This document shows positions 1 through 12,400 of a stretch of 64,000 nt of DNA, one piece after another. The stretch comes from Chrysomallon squamiferum (lineage: Eukaryota; Animalia; Mollusca), in assembly GCA_012295275.1 (NCBI GenBank), contig CM022672.1:5580001-5644000 (forward strand), written 5' to 3'. A program made the translations under genes and the position numbers. Below the pieces are notes generated by a model. It was given only the letters and a program-made list of their open reading frames with translations, did not search any database and had not been told where the DNA came from. Position 1 is the stretch's first letter; the number at the start of each line of letters is the position of its first letter.

Positions 1-34
1 AAATTGTTTCAAGTACATCAGTAATGATACATGA

Positions 35-418
35 ATATAGACAGACTACAGTTATTATTAGTAGTATCTTTCCTATGTACCTTCTCATACCCTGGATGAT
101 ACCCTTAACCCTTTGTACATCAATATACAGACTACAGTTATTATTAGTAGTATCTTTCCTACATACCTTCTCATACACTGGATGATACCCTTAACCCTTT
201 GTACATCAATATACAGACTACAGTTATTATTAGTAGTATCTTTCCTACATACCTTCTCATACCCTGGATGATACCCTTAACCCTTTGTACATCAATATAC
301 AGACTACAGTTATTATTAGTAGTATCTTTCCTACATACCTTCTCATACCCTGGATGATACCCTTAACCATTTGTACATCAATATACAGACTACATCTATT
401 ATTAGTAGTATCTTTCAT
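35..418. repeat. Minisatellite, 86-bp unit, ~4.4 copies
   Basis: 'caatatacagactac' recurs at 121, 207, 293 and 379; units are near identical. Confidence 0.95.
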
Positions 419-434
419 ACACATATATTTTTAC

Positions 435-480
435 TGGGCTATTTCCCAATCCAGCCTGTGTCTCATAACTAGTTTAAACT
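435..480 (+). mobile_element. SINE core fragment
   Basis: tgggctatttcccaatccagcctgtg, similar to the copy at 41363. Confidence 0.35.
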
Positions 481-796
481 GGTTTGAAGTTTCAATTAGA
501 CTGGACTCCAAGCCCATCACAAACTCAGTAATTAGACTAAAACCTCTTTGTATCACAGGATTGGAATATTTACTAATTCCCATTCCAACCAATGTCTTAT
601 AATTAGTTTATTAAACACTGCATAGTATATTCTTTCTTGTCTTTGGTATGAAGCTTACAAAATGCTTTATGAAATTTGTTTTTTCAAAAATGGTTTATTT
701 TATGATCAGAGCATGTTTCCATTCTGAAGAACTTAGGCTTTCTTCTAAAAAAAAAAAAAAAAAAGATCAAAATATAGAAAATAATACAAAACTGAC

Positions 797-874
797 CTTC
801 ACAAGTCCAGAGTAAACAGCAAGAAGTTGACTGGTTGACAGGGTAAACAACTGCAGTTGAAAGATTACAGCATT
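797..874 (-). CDS. MUN-protein exon, MHD2 end (NAVIFQLQLFTLSTSQLLAVYSGLVK)
   Basis: tgtttcag acceptor, gtcagt donor; resembles Munc13 'LRYALSLYTQTTDTLI'. Confidence 0.8.
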
Positions 875-1777
875 CTGAAACAATACGCAAACACAGGATA
901 CACCATTATTTTATACAGAGAGCAACTGTTAAATCTCTGTGATGATGTGGTAATGTTCTATATGCAAATGAAATATAATTCAATTATAAACAAAACCTTC
1001 TGTGACAAATTCAAATCTGTCATGCACACTCACATATACAGATTTAAATCCATACTTAACATCTGCACATTTAAAGAAAGCCTTAAGAATAAAATGGTAC
1101 AGATGCTAAATGTTTTGTTGCTGTAATTTTTTCTTAAGTTATAATTGATGATTTATCTGAATCACTCTTTAATGTGAATTCTTCTGAATTAATTAAGCTG
1201 GGGAAGTAGTGGATATCAATTCTTTTCTTTCTTTTTTCAAAAAAATATATTATTACTTTATTTATTTCTGTACTTATTTATGTATGTATGTATGTATATA
1301 ATATATATTTTGCTTATTTATTTATGTGTGTATTTATTTATTTAAAGGAAGTGAAGATAAAAAATAAAAAAAACTCACTGCCTGTGATAAAAGAAGACTT
1401 CGACTGATTCCATTTTTGTAGTTGTTGATAAAGTGAATCAGATACTGAAAACAGAAACCTCACAAAAATCAGTTTTGTTATTTTAACCTGTAAGTAAAAT
1501 CTAAACAACAATTTAAATAACTATTTCTAAAGGTGTTACAAATGTCTTGTTATAAAAATTAGAATACTTAATTTTTTTAGATTGTTTAAAAAATTTGTGA
1601 GAATTTCTGGGAATTTTAGAATCACTATTTTTTTTTTTAAACAGTATTCAATGTTTTAAATTTTTTCAAAACAAAACTTTTTTTTTTATATGATAAAAGT
1701 AAATAAATTTTAAATTCTTTTTCTTTTTTTATCCATGTGTGTGTGTGAATGCAGTGGATGTCTTTACGTGTGTATGA

Positions 1778-1847
<70 letters not shown>

Positions 1848-4800
1848 CTAATTTAATACTTACAGCAATGGAATGAATCAAACGTTTTGCTTTTAGCATT
1901 AAAAATATATCTTCTGCTTTCAATTTTGCTGTCTCCTTTTCAAAATCCTGCAAAACAAAAAAAAAAACATATCTGAAAAAAGAAAAAAATCATTTGGAAA
2001 TCCAACTTTGATCAGCTCCAACAAGACAGACATGTCAGAACTAATATTTCATTATATAACAATAAAACATTTAAAATTAAACAATGACATCAAAATAATT
2101 TCTCAGTAGTTAGAATATGTTAGGTAAAATGAAAAACACCACTAAGAAAATCCTCTTGTGTACGTCAGGTTTGAAACAAATAAAATACAGTCGTTGCTGG
2201 CTACACAAATCAAACAGACATTTAAACACCAAAAATCATAAAAGAAAAACAGTTTCAAAATCAAATTTCTGACATATTTAATTTAATTTTTGTTAATCTG
2301 CAGAAAGTATTTAAAAGAATCTAAAGAGATCATAAATGATACTAAAGAAAGAGATGGTGTAAAAGATTTTTTTTAAAACTGTACAAAACAAATTTTAATA
2401 AACCACAAACAACCAACAAGTGAAAATTATAAATCACTGCACAAAAGAGAAACTGAGAGAGCACACACTTCCACTGAATGATGACATTTATGTGTACAGA
2501 GCAAATTTCAAAAACTGCAACCCATCAAGCAATGAATTAATTATAAATAACAAAAACCAAGAGACAATATACTTCCGTATAATGAAAGATGAAATTCAGG
2601 TTTACAAAGCACAATTTAGCAGAGGGGACATTACTAAATGAATAAAACAAATTCTAGCAGTCCAGACACTAACTACATAGTGTTATTGTACACATTAAAA
2701 TATAAACAGATGAAATACTTATTCACATTTTAAAATTTTTGTGTCAAAAAATAAAACAACCCACAAAAGAACCAACAGAACAAAATATAAAGAAGTAAAA
2801 CTGAAATGAATGCTTGGAGACCAACTGATGTTAAATAAACTCTCACCTGAACAATGAAAAGCCACAAACATTCCAAGACAACATGGAAGTTGTCTGTGTG
2901 AAGCCATTCACTAAGTTTGTCCAGGTAGTCATGGAGGAACTTGGTCAGTGGCTGAAGACACTGAGTAACAGGAACTGTCAGACATCTTTCCATGGCATCA
3001 GACAAAGCATCCTGAATGAAGAGGTTCAGCTGAAAGACAGGTAAGAAATAACTGTTAGCTGCATGAAAATAGTTTAGTAGCAGGTGCATCAGATGTTAAA
3101 ATCTGTAACCAAGTATTCACTAACAAATAAATTTGTATTTTAGAAGATTATCCTTATTAATATATATTATATTATACATGTTTGTATGTGTGTATACATA
3201 TATATATATATATATAAAATTAAATATCAGACCACACTGAAAAGCCATCAAATATTTATCAATACCCAGTAAACTATTTATAAACATGTAAACAATATTT
3301 TTCCTGTGAGGTGGCTTTGTCCGAGAACTGTCACAGATGTTCTTCGCAACAGCTTGCTTTGATTAGCTCATCACTCACTCTCACTCACTCACTCACTCAC
3401 TCACTCACTCACTCACAGTCTTTACCCTGTAAGCCATCAGTCGTGTCTGTGCTCTGAACAAATGTTTGAGATGACGCTGCTGTAGCTCCAGTGTTTCCTT
3501 CACGGACACAGGTGGTGTCTCCAGTTCCAACGTTGTTGGATCACTCGTCTCTTCAACTTCAGACTCCACCCACTCAGAATTCTCGTCAACAGCATCAACA
3601 GCTGAAAAAATAGGCATGGGTAATTTTAACAACTAAATATATCCCAGTTATACTGGAGTTCCTTTTCATAGTTAGTCCATTGTTAATTTAATTATATTTT
3701 GTGATCTCCATAAATTTTTGTAATTAATAAAGGAGTTATGTATCTTTCTTTATTTTACAGACAAAAGATGATTGCAGTTTTAAGGTGTACTGATGTTATT
3801 AAAAAGTTTGTTGTTTCTTGCATTTATATTAAGTGCTGAGGCATCATTAAGCATTCATTCATTCATTCATTCGTTTTTACCAATTTTGTATGAAATATTA
3901 ATTTATTTATTTACTCATTTATTTTCTTTGTGTAAAAACTGTAAAAATGGAGAATGTTGTTATTGCTTCATTATTACATTCATTTATACATTCATTTATA
4001 CATTCATTTGTTCACCCATTCATTCATTCTTTCGTTATTTATATTTGCAAACAAACATGCCAAATTCACCTTGTAAAGAAGTTTCACTTTCCTGTCTTCT
4101 GACAGATGTCTGTGTTTTACTGTTCTGATCAGGTTTCATTTCTAAATTACAACGTATTCTGAAAACAGCTGACAGCTTTTTAACAAACACATTCAGACAT
4201 TTTATCATTGCCGCAATGTCGTTTATGCGCAAGCACATCTGTAAAATAAAAGAAATAATTTTTTTTTATTCATCTGATGTCAGAAACCCAAACTAAAAAG
4301 TCAATTACAAATATTTAATATTAAAATCTGACATTTATTTACAAGAAACACACACACACACAAATATGTCAGTACATATAGCATATAAAATGTTACAAAG
4401 CTTTTAAAATAAAATCATGACAATTTTAATTAATTGTTAACCAATCTAATATTTTTTATGTAAACAAATACAAGAAAGTAAGAAAAATAAAATCTTTAAA
4501 TGGCTTTCTCACATTCTGGATTAACAATAAATATTCAGACAATTATAAAATGTCCCTGATTTCATAAAACCCCTTTTTATTTGAGTCATTTACATATTAA
4601 TAAAAGATAAAAAATGATGTATTTAAAAATAAAATCTGGAAGTGAAAACACTGGAATGTCTGTCTACCTGTTGTGTGACTGCTTCATACCGGTCAGACAG
4701 ACGGTCAGACATTCTGTAGACGTAAAACTTACAGTCAGTGTTTGTTTTTATGTGACGACAACCCCAGATCATCTGACTGTTTTGTTTATATGTCAGATAG

Positions 4801-7800
4801 TTCACGAGCTGTAAGAACAAACAAACAAACAAACATTAAAAAAAAAAAAAAAAAAAAAAAAATAAACAAACAAATAAATGAATAAAATAAATAAATAAAC
4901 AAATTTAAAAAAAAAAAAAAAACCAACAAATATATAAACAAATAAATAAACAAATAAATAAATAAATGAATAAAAAAAATAAAAATAAAAATAAATAATG
5001 TTAAATTGTAGTTAATAAATGTAAATAAATAATAGAACAAATTTATTATAGAAATAAATAAACATAAATGAATAAATAAAAAATAAACAAAAATTTAAAT
5101 TATAGAAAAGTATAAAATAAATAAATGAAATATGTACATTTATATTAAATTTGTATTAAATTTGTTCAAATATATATATAAAAAAAAGTTTATGAAATCT
5201 AATATAAAAATTAAAAAATATTGTTCATGTCTGCAATAAATAAAATCTGTCATCGTAACAACATTATTAAATAAAAATTAACAGACACATCACATTATTA
5301 CAGATGGATAAATCAAAAGAATCAATCTCTTTACCTGTGGTCCAATTAGTTGCCTAGCAACAAATGAAGGTGTGCCACAGAGATCCAGACAAAAGATGTT
5401 GTCACAATAGAGTGATATGTTTTTACACATAGCCTGTAAACATGTTTTAAATAAACAAGTTTGTTAAAGATACTCAAGTTAAGCCTCTTAGTGAATTAAT
5501 AAAACCATACTTGAGTTGTGAACATATAAGCAAGGATGATAAAATCTCCAACCTAAAAGCAATTTATCTTTTCATACTCTTACAGTTATGGACACGTATG
5601 CAACTAATATATATATATGAACATATACTCATAAAACCACATAACTAGAGCTGTCAAACTGATAATACCATACATACACACATGATTAATAATATCATAA
5701 AATCATAATAATTATAAATTTTTAAAAATATTTATTTATTTACTGTGCAGTTAATAATTATATCTTTCATTCTTTATTACACTTAAAAGTATTTTATTGT
5801 AAAAAAAAAACACCCAATAACCTCTAAAAACACTTCATATAAAATCACTGCTCTTTTTCTCTGGTGCTTGTAAAATTTCAGCTGATCTGCGGTTAGCTCT
5901 TCTTCTAGTAATGTACGACAGCCATATTTTTTATCAAAACACAGAGTTTGATGAAGAGTTCTCCCAAAACTGACCAATCGCTGCAACAGAACAATCATGT
6001 CAATAAGAGAACTGGACAGTGGTAGACTTGCTTCAGGTCCCTCATAATTTTCAGGCAATGATACGTTCGTAAAATCAGACTGAAATGACTCCAAAAAATC
6101 TTCCGGCCTCACTGATTGTCTCCCTTCGCTCAAAACAGCCCTGGAATGTGGCATATTTCTACTCTCACTCACTGAACTTTTCAAAGAATTTTCCAAACTT
6201 CCCACTTCAAGATGGTCATTATCACCTGCCGCCTTTTTCAGAACTTCAGCTGAAAATGTTTCATTGTCGTCACAATCTTCCTGTTTTAAGCTGCTGCTGC
6301 CAAAGTTTGGTAACTGTTTTAATTTTGGATATTCTCGGACTTCCAAAGGCGATGAGTCAGAGAAAGATGATGAAAATGTCTTCTCACTGCCATCAAAAAC
6401 CTCATCACTCTCGTAATTTGAACTCTGTCTTTGCTCGATTTCGTTTTTCTCTTCTGCCGTGTCAATATTAACTGACCCGCTTTCCACTGAACTCTTCCTA
6501 ACTGGAGATACGTTTTTATCATCTGTCAATTCTTTCACATTTCCAGATTCGCTTTCCCAGTTTTCACTTTTAACTGAATATCTGTCTTCCTGACTGTTCT
6601 TTCCTGTTTTTAACTCTTCATTCAAATCTTCCAGTGAATCGCTGTTACTAAATGCAAGTGCCGAAAGTTTTGATTCGTAATCATTGATGTCCCCGAGCAG
6701 ATCTCCACATATAGCTGGAACATACCCTCCTTTCTTGTGTCTGGCTGACATCACACTGAAGCTATTTTTAGCAGAATCTGGACCATGCATAGAAGGAAGA
6801 GAAGAACTACGTTGCAACTGAACAACTACAACACTGTCATCATCATCATCATCATCATCAGCATCATTGGGAGTACTGGTTCTGTGTGTGTTTGAGTTTG
6901 TTGTGTCACACCTGACTGGCTCTAATGGACCATCAGACTGATGGTCATGTTCTTTTGTTTCACTGTTTGCTGCTGGATGGCTTGTCTGACCTTCACCTTC
7001 AAAAGTCTTGGACTCCTGCAAAAACAATCGACCTTTTGTTTAGGATTCAAAATGTCTTATGAACAAAAAACATATTTTTAACAGTAAAAACATTCCATCG
7101 GATCTAAAACAGGCACAGATACTTAAGCACATATACATACAACTTAGACACTGTCATATAAAGCCTTTACCAGTCAAACATAACCACACACACATTCACA
7201 CAGACGCACTCATTTCACACACTCTGTATGGAGTGTGTGAGTTTTCATACATTAAGTCAGAGGTCTGCTGGAAACTGGAGTCACCTGTTTGCTGGTAGGG
7301 GAGAGTTCTGGAGAGACTAAGCTGCTGAAAGCACTGTTTATTGACTGAGTGAAACACGTGTGGTTTGGAGACTGCAGTGTTGAGCTGGTGCTCGAAATCT
7401 CGGACATCAGATCATCCAGATGAAGGGACTGCATCTGAAACTGTAAATACAGGCTTAAATGCATAAAAATTCCAAGTATCTTAAACAATGTCTTTTTGGA
7501 CATAAAGTGTTTCTGAATCTGTAACAGCTGATCAATGGTTTGTTATCATTGTCTGTTATTTTGTAAACAGAACTAAGGTATGTATGAAACTAAAAAAAAA
7601 AATTAAAAAAACTTAATAATGGATTTGATATATTTTTATGAAGACATTTTATATGAAACGTTTGAAGTAAAAAATATCTTCAGACAGTAATTATGGTATA
7701 TCTTAAAACAAAATATATAACAGGTAAAAAAATAATTGCAGGGGTTCGATTTGAAGCAAAAATAAATAAAAATTCATTAAGACTGGTATTTACAATTTTA

Positions 7801-9363
7801 TATGTACATTATTATTTTACAAAAATTTTAATACAAATATCAAACCATTTATCTTAGAAATGTAATAATTTTTTGTTTTGTTTATTAAATGTAATTTCCC
7901 TTTTACTTTTCATATTTACTTTATACTTGCAAAATCCAGAAATTTAGGTCATCTCGAACCCCAGACTTATGGGACAAATAGCCTGATATTTGTGTCAGAT
8001 ATACTGAAATGTTTTTTTTTTTTTCTCCTGTCATCTAAGACACAGAAATTAGCCATTTTTGTAAATATTCAACAATTTTCAAGATTTGTTTTGCATGGTA
8101 TTACAACTTAAGATGAACCCTCACCTTGGAGCATAGTTATTTATTTATTTAAGTTTATCTGTTTGTTTGTTTGTTTGTTTAACAACATAACTTCACAAAA
8201 ATTAAATTTTGATTTTGGGTGTTGGAGTACCTGAATGCTTATTCCTTACTGGCCAATATCTGAAAACATTTTGTCTGTGGCATTGGTAAATATGAACAAA
8301 CCAGACAAAGCCATGTTTCTAAAACTTACACTGTCACCAGCCACGGTCTCCAGAACCAGCGTGTGTATTTGAGTCTTCAGGATGCTGCACCACTGGATTA
8401 TCTCCCCTTGCAAAAAGGATCTCCATGTTTGGGCTCTGAGGATTGGAAATATTTGTAATAATTTTAAAATATAAAAATAAATGAAAAAGAATATACTACT
8501 ATTTCTACTGCTGCTGCTGCTTCTGCTACCTCTACTACTACTAATATTACTACTAAATATATAAATATTTTGCATACAGAATTTACAGAGAAAGATTTTC
8601 TCTCCAGACAACAATCAGAAATGGCATGCTGGCTGATTATTGATCATTTTAATTAAATTCAGGGTCCAGATTAAACTAGTGCTGGGGCTGTAGCCTATTT
8701 TATAAAAGGATCCCTAAATTAAATACAAAATTTATTTCAACAGTGAAGTGATTAATACATTTTTTTCATTTGCTTTACAGCCAGAAAATATAACAAATAT
8801 GTCTGACACTTCACTGTTAGTATTATTGGCATGACCGTACCAGTTCCAAACATCCAAAGTAACAAAATTACAATTTAAAAGTGATCTTTTCTACATTTAG
8901 CCTGGACAGATTTGTTGATGATTCTGATAATATCGGCTTCACACAAAAGTTTATGTTCTGTGTTCATTAAAATGATACCATTCAATCTGTTTTGACTCAT
9001 ATTTCACAAGCTACCTTTGCTACTAGGTTAATCTTGACCCGAATAAAACAAATTTAATCTACAATGAATAAAATGTCAGTTTAATCTTAAATTTTTCAAC
9101 AAGTCTGATTTTACTTCAGTAATCATTTCCCAGTGTAGCAGACAAATGATTTTTATTTAAAATAATTAAATCATTTTCAACTTACTCCATTGGTATGAAA
9201 TGTGACCAGTCGTGATCCAGCTGTCCAAGTCTATACACCAGACCAAGCATTAGCAGATTTATGTCTTGTTTACTCTGTAGTAATAACAACAACAATAATA
9301 ATAATAATAGTAATAGTAAAAATATTAATAACAAAAATAATAACAATAACAATAATAATAGCA

Positions 9364-9415
<52 letters not shown>

Positions 9416-12400
9416 TAACAATAAAAATAAAAGTAATAGTAATAGTAATAATAATAATAATAATAACAACAGTAATAAAAGTAATAATAATAATAACAAT
9501 AATATAATAATAATAATAATATAATAATAATCATAATAATAATAATAATCATAATAATAAAAATAAAAATAAGTAGATAAATAAATAAATAAATAAATCA
9601 CTTAGATTATATTTCGACTGTTCTTATTTCAGCAGGTAACACTCTAAGTACCACTCACAGTTATTTGTGTGTCATTGCAACACAAGTCTTTCACATCCTC
9701 CATCAACATGGAGTAGAAACATTGAGCTGCTATCTTTGTGATGTTCAAGTATCTGCAGAAAAAACCCTGTATCTATACATGTGTGTGAGTTAATGCGTAT
9801 GTCTTTATGTATGTACATGAACATGTTAGTTAATAAATATTTGAATTGTACAGTATTTTACACCTGAAATAAATTTCAATATTTTCCATGATATATTTTT
9901 CATGGCTTTTAAAAAATTATTATTTACTAATATGTGATTATTTTACAATAAAAAAAAAAAAATAAAATAAATAAATAAATAAAAATTAATTATGTTAAGC
10001 AAAAAGCAGAATCATCCAGTTCTATAAGCAGTCATTTAACTATTAAAACTGTATTATACTCTGAGAAAGACAATATACGGTGGACTCTTGAAAGTCAAAT
10101 GGTTCATTGCTCAAACTACCTGAGTATTGACCAAAACATTCAAGTAAAATCCAGTTTAAATCTTGAACAGAAAGCCAACCTAAATGAACACTATCGTCTA
10201 GTCAAAAAACAAAGAATTCAGCTGTTGCCTAAATAAGCCATAGGCACAGTCGATTGTCTTTTAAATTTGGGTTAATGTTCCTGGTTTTTTTTTTATTGTT
10301 TTGAAAACAGGCAAAGACAAATGAAACTGGGCTGATTCTTCTGTGAAGAAAGATAAAATGGTGGTAATACTGCTAGTGTTAGTAGTTAGCTGCAACTCTC
10401 TACTCCTGGAATAAAGAGGAAAAGAGACTCCACAGCAGAAGTCAAGTTGCCTGACATTTCAGCAGTTGCTACCATCTGCCTTTCCATCTCTGTATTTAAA
10501 ATGTTTTTAATATGTAAAATTTTGAGTCTGGAACAGATTAATTAATATTATTTCTTAACTCAACATTTAATTCGAAGGTCAAATAAATTAAAAGTCAGTC
10601 AGCTTTTTGGAATGGATAGTGTTTGACTCTCAAGGGTTTGCTGTAATGTGATACACCCACTAGAAAAGAAATGTCACTTTTACCTCTGAAAAATGGTCTG
10701 GTAGGTGGTTTTGTATTCAGAAACTTCATCTCGAATGTTGCCAATCAAAATATTTAACTGTAAAAACAATAAAACTTTTTGAGAATACATCACGGTTCAA
10801 TAAATCTGAACATGTATCAAGTTAAAAAAAAAAAAAAAAAAACATTTTAAAATAATCTTCTGACACTGTCCTTTCACTTGCTCATCCAAACCTTTCTCTC
10901 TGTGAGAAAGGAAACAATTGATTGCTGCAGCTAAGAGTAGCAAATGGAGTGAAAGCAATGATTTTAATTATATAATGATTGTTTAATGAGATCCCCAGCT
11001 CAAACAATGATTATAAACACACGTGAAATGAATCTGACTCCTTATAATAGGTTAATATTACAATACATGATGTAGTTAAACATTTATTTATTCAGTTTTT
11101 AAAACCAGTTGGCAAAAATAACAAATAAAAATTTCAGATCTGTGTTAATAATTTAAGAAATGATTTATACCAGGATTGGACAGGTGTCATACTCTCTGAT
11201 CTGCTGCATTTCCATTCTAGCAACAACTTTGTGATGTTCATGCACTGGTCGGAACATGTTCTGCAAATTTAACACTTTATTAAAAACATTATTTTAAAGA
11301 ATGACATTAACACACATATGCACACACACATTGTCACACATGCACACTCACAGCATTGGTGAAAGTTGTGATTGTGATGATAATGATAATGATGCTGCTA
11401 ATGATGTTGTGGTAGTCATCATGATGGTGGTGAAAGTGGTGATGATGATAATGATGATAAGAAGAAAGTGATAATAATCACAAGACAAAAATGATGATAG
11501 GACAAAAGTGATGATGATTATTGATCATTTTAATTAATGATGATGATGATGACAATGATGGTGTTGATAATAATCATTATGATAGTAAGATGTATTACCT
11601 GAATGGCAGAGTAAAGAAATTTCTCAACTGGCTCTGGTTTCTCTAATGTGAGAAATCCTCTCAACTCCAAAGACAGGCTGATCAAAGAAATCAGAATATC
11701 TGAAATTAAACAATAAGAAAATAATTAACATCTTAACAAAATTTGTAATTTGACAAAGCATTTAACCTTTGACACATTGCTGTAGAAGAAGACATGTCAG
11801 TGTCATGTACTTGAATAATCAGAACTTGTTGCAATGTTAGTATTACTGCTCTCTTTAGCATAAATGTATCCTGAATTCTGATAGGCTTGTTCTGATGTGT
11901 TAAGTCAATGGCAGTGGCTGTTACATCCAGCATGTATAACAAAGTTTACTTTTTGTACTGATTAGCTGCCACATATTCAAGGCAATAAAGCAATAACTAT
12001 TACCTCAGATATATATTATTATTAAAATTATTACCATCAGTGTGAAATTTTAATAATAATCATATTATTTATTATTTTTTTACTATTATTATAATTATTT
12101 TTATTATTTTTATTATTATTTGTATTAAAATATTTTAATATTTTTCCTTTTTATTATATACTTTAATAATTTAATGAAGCAAAATTTCAGAGAAAAATTT
12201 TAAAATCTTGGTAATAAAATGTAATTTAAAAAAATGGATGATAAAAAAAATAATTAAACAAAAATTTAAAAAAAAACAGATTATGAAAAATAATTAAAAT
12301 AAATTATTTAAAAAAATAGATGATGAAAAAATAATTAATTATATTAAGAAAATATATATATTTTTTTTTTTTTTTTTAAATAAAAGTAAAAAAACCCTCA

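Noticed and set aside
35-418. CRISPR-like array
   Set aside because: Contiguous identical units with no unique spacers, in a eukaryotic context.
35-418. Series of 35-nt GT-AG micro-introns and 51-nt exons within the repeat
   Set aside because: 35 nt is below the usual animal intron size and there is no pyrimidine tract.
684-744. Terminal exon after a poly-T acceptor at 745 (KKA*)
   Set aside because: It would need a 52-nt intron and cannot be supported; the 3' end is left unresolved.
5349-5361. X-box GTTGCCTAGCAAC
   Set aside because: It lies inside a coding exon (VARQ codons) and is probably coincidental.
9182-9601. Poly-Leu/Ile/Asn/Tyr ORFs, and similar ER-, CV-, HT- and LS-repeat ORFs throughout the window
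   Set aside because: These are translations of microsatellites; only 9186-9274 is exonic here.
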